From Balanoglossus misakiensis (taxonomy: Eukaryota; Animalia; Hemichordata): DNA of 64,000 bases. The DNA lies in contig CM082588.2 of assembly GCA_040954595.2 (NCBI GenBank), forward strand, positions 1,867,027 to 1,931,026. The letters are read 5' to 3'. Below the pieces are notes generated by a model, which was not told the origin of the DNA, made no database searches, and saw only the letters and a list, made by a program, of their open reading frames with translations. A program made the translations under genes and the position numbers. Shown in pieces: positions 62,405-64,000 of the stretch. Every line of letters begins with the position of its first letter. The first letter of the stretch is position 1.

Positions 62405-64000
62405 ATGCAGAATATAATGATTATTTCACGTATGGTTATAAAAAGTTTTAACCAGTCTTGCCCCTGACTTATCATATATCAGAACTTTAATAGCAGAATA
62501 TTCGGTAGGCCTAGGCCTAAATGTGGTTTCTTTACCAAGTTAGCAAATATCTGTGCGTTTCTTTTTCTGTTCTATTTTTAAAGTAGTAACGGCCTGTGAG
62601 TCGATCTGACCAACGGATCTCATTTCAACCATCCACAAGGTTTTCAGATCGTTAATCAAACTCTACGTAACCCTATCCATCATCAAAACATTTATTACCA
62701 CTTTAAAGTCCACTTTGTGATGTCTTTATAACATCAATCCAAATTTCATATTCCTGAATTACATTTCTTTTCACATATTTAGCAGCTCTCAAAGTTACTG
62801 GTTTTCTGCTTTGAACTGTCAGCAAATTTCCTTAGTGCAATACTAGTGTAACTCATACAATCGGCATGGTTGAAACACTGATACTGGTTCTTCTCAAGTA
62901 TCTAGATTCTAAGGTTGCTATTGACCACAAATTGTCGACAGATGAGTAGACAGACCAGGGGCGCCATCAGTGGTTGGTGGCGTTCTTGGTTGTGTTCACG
63001 TTTCCGAGTCGCCGCCTACCTTTGATCGCGCCCTCAATCAGTAAGAACAAAGTTCACTTTCGTGTTTAGGTTAAATTTGAATTAGTGATTTCCTGATAGG
63101 GCTGTGAGGTCATTGCTTCCCCAGGAACACTATCAGGGGAAACATGATGAATCAACAGTTTTCGTAATCTTGTCCGTTTTTGTTGATGATATGTCGCACA
63201 GCTATGCCCGTTGTTGGGCTGATGACTCCTCGATTTTGTTGAATGTGTATATCTTGTTGGTAGAAAAAAGTATAAACATCCCTGCACAGAGGAAACCAGG
63301 CATGATAAGCCCAGTTCCTGTTTGCCGGAAAGGTTGAAATAGATGTGGATATACATAATCGTGCAGTGGGCTGGTTCCTGACCGATTTCATTTTCCATTT
63401 TAGGACCACACATTGGGTATTCCTAACACATGGGATATGTTTCTGTGGTTGATAAGAGTTATGTTTATCGGCCAATTTTTTTTACAATGAACGACGCCCT
63501 TGTATTTCCAGCTGCATCACCCTCCAGACGACAAAACAATCACCTCACTAAAGGTAGAACCGGAGAAAACAAGAGATTTTTGATAATGACAAATATGCAT
63601 CCACCTCTCTCGTAGAAGTTCTGGAAGAGGCGGCGCGATTCAGAGACAACAGAGGAGGGCGTCCTTTCAGTTCCTATTAACAACATTCGTCGGCAAAATA
63701 TTACATTCCAATGGCTTCAGTTTGTGTATACGCTAGTTAAGACCAGTTTATATTACTGTGCGCACTGGATTTGCGTTACAACAAAAACACAGACGACATG
63801 TAAACATTTCCTCGGAAATCAATCCGCCCTCGTCGTAAAACGACCCAGTTAATTGACAAGCCGATTTCCCTAAGCGGTTAATTGCTCATCAAACGGACCT
63901 TATTTTATGAGATAATATCCGGCCAGCAATCTGGCTAATCAATACTCATCAACTAATTGCCGTCAAAACACGGTCGCATGAAACCCCCATTGCCTTTAAT

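Noticed and set aside
56510-62475. Several long minus-strand ORFs (e.g. 56556-57113, 61909-62475)
   Set aside because: Antisense shadows of the GC-rich Ig receptor coding sequences.
62500-64000. Short ORFs at the window end
   Set aside because: No recognisable motifs or coherent exon chain; treated as intergenic or as the upstream region of a gene beyond the window.

Overview
Gene-dense, intron-rich eukaryotic (animal) genomic DNA, not prokaryotic. Short GT-AG introns and the gene families suggest an invertebrate deuterostome such as a hemichordate or echinoderm (inference only). I reconstructed exons by hand from splice signals and reading frame. Left to right: a 38-bp tandem repeat; a full-length ABCB1/P-glycoprotein-type transporter (-); a head-to-head pair of SLC22 organic-cation-transporter paralogues; a GPI-type Xaa-Pro aminopeptidase (XPNPEP2-like, -); a GH65 PGGHG/ATHL1-like glucosidase with a signal peptide (-); a multi-cNMP-binding-domain protein with a myristoylation motif (+); Mis18 (-) head-to-head with MTRES1 (+); a C-type lectin/mucin/PAN protein (-); and two intronless three-Ig-domain receptor paralogues (+). 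The most notable hidden structure concerns alternative splicing. The GH65 gene has two duplicated, apparently mutually exclusive 210-nt exons next to the catalytic GPDEY exon. The ABCB1 gene has a cluster of frame-preserving 15-21-nt microexon candidates in its linker intron and a duplicated pair of 24-nt microexons in its N-terminal region. Also present are a long-tail/short-tail Ig receptor pair, a compound nuclear-receptor element in a bidirectional promoter, and small MITE/foldback elements. None of the splicing is confirmed by transcript data.
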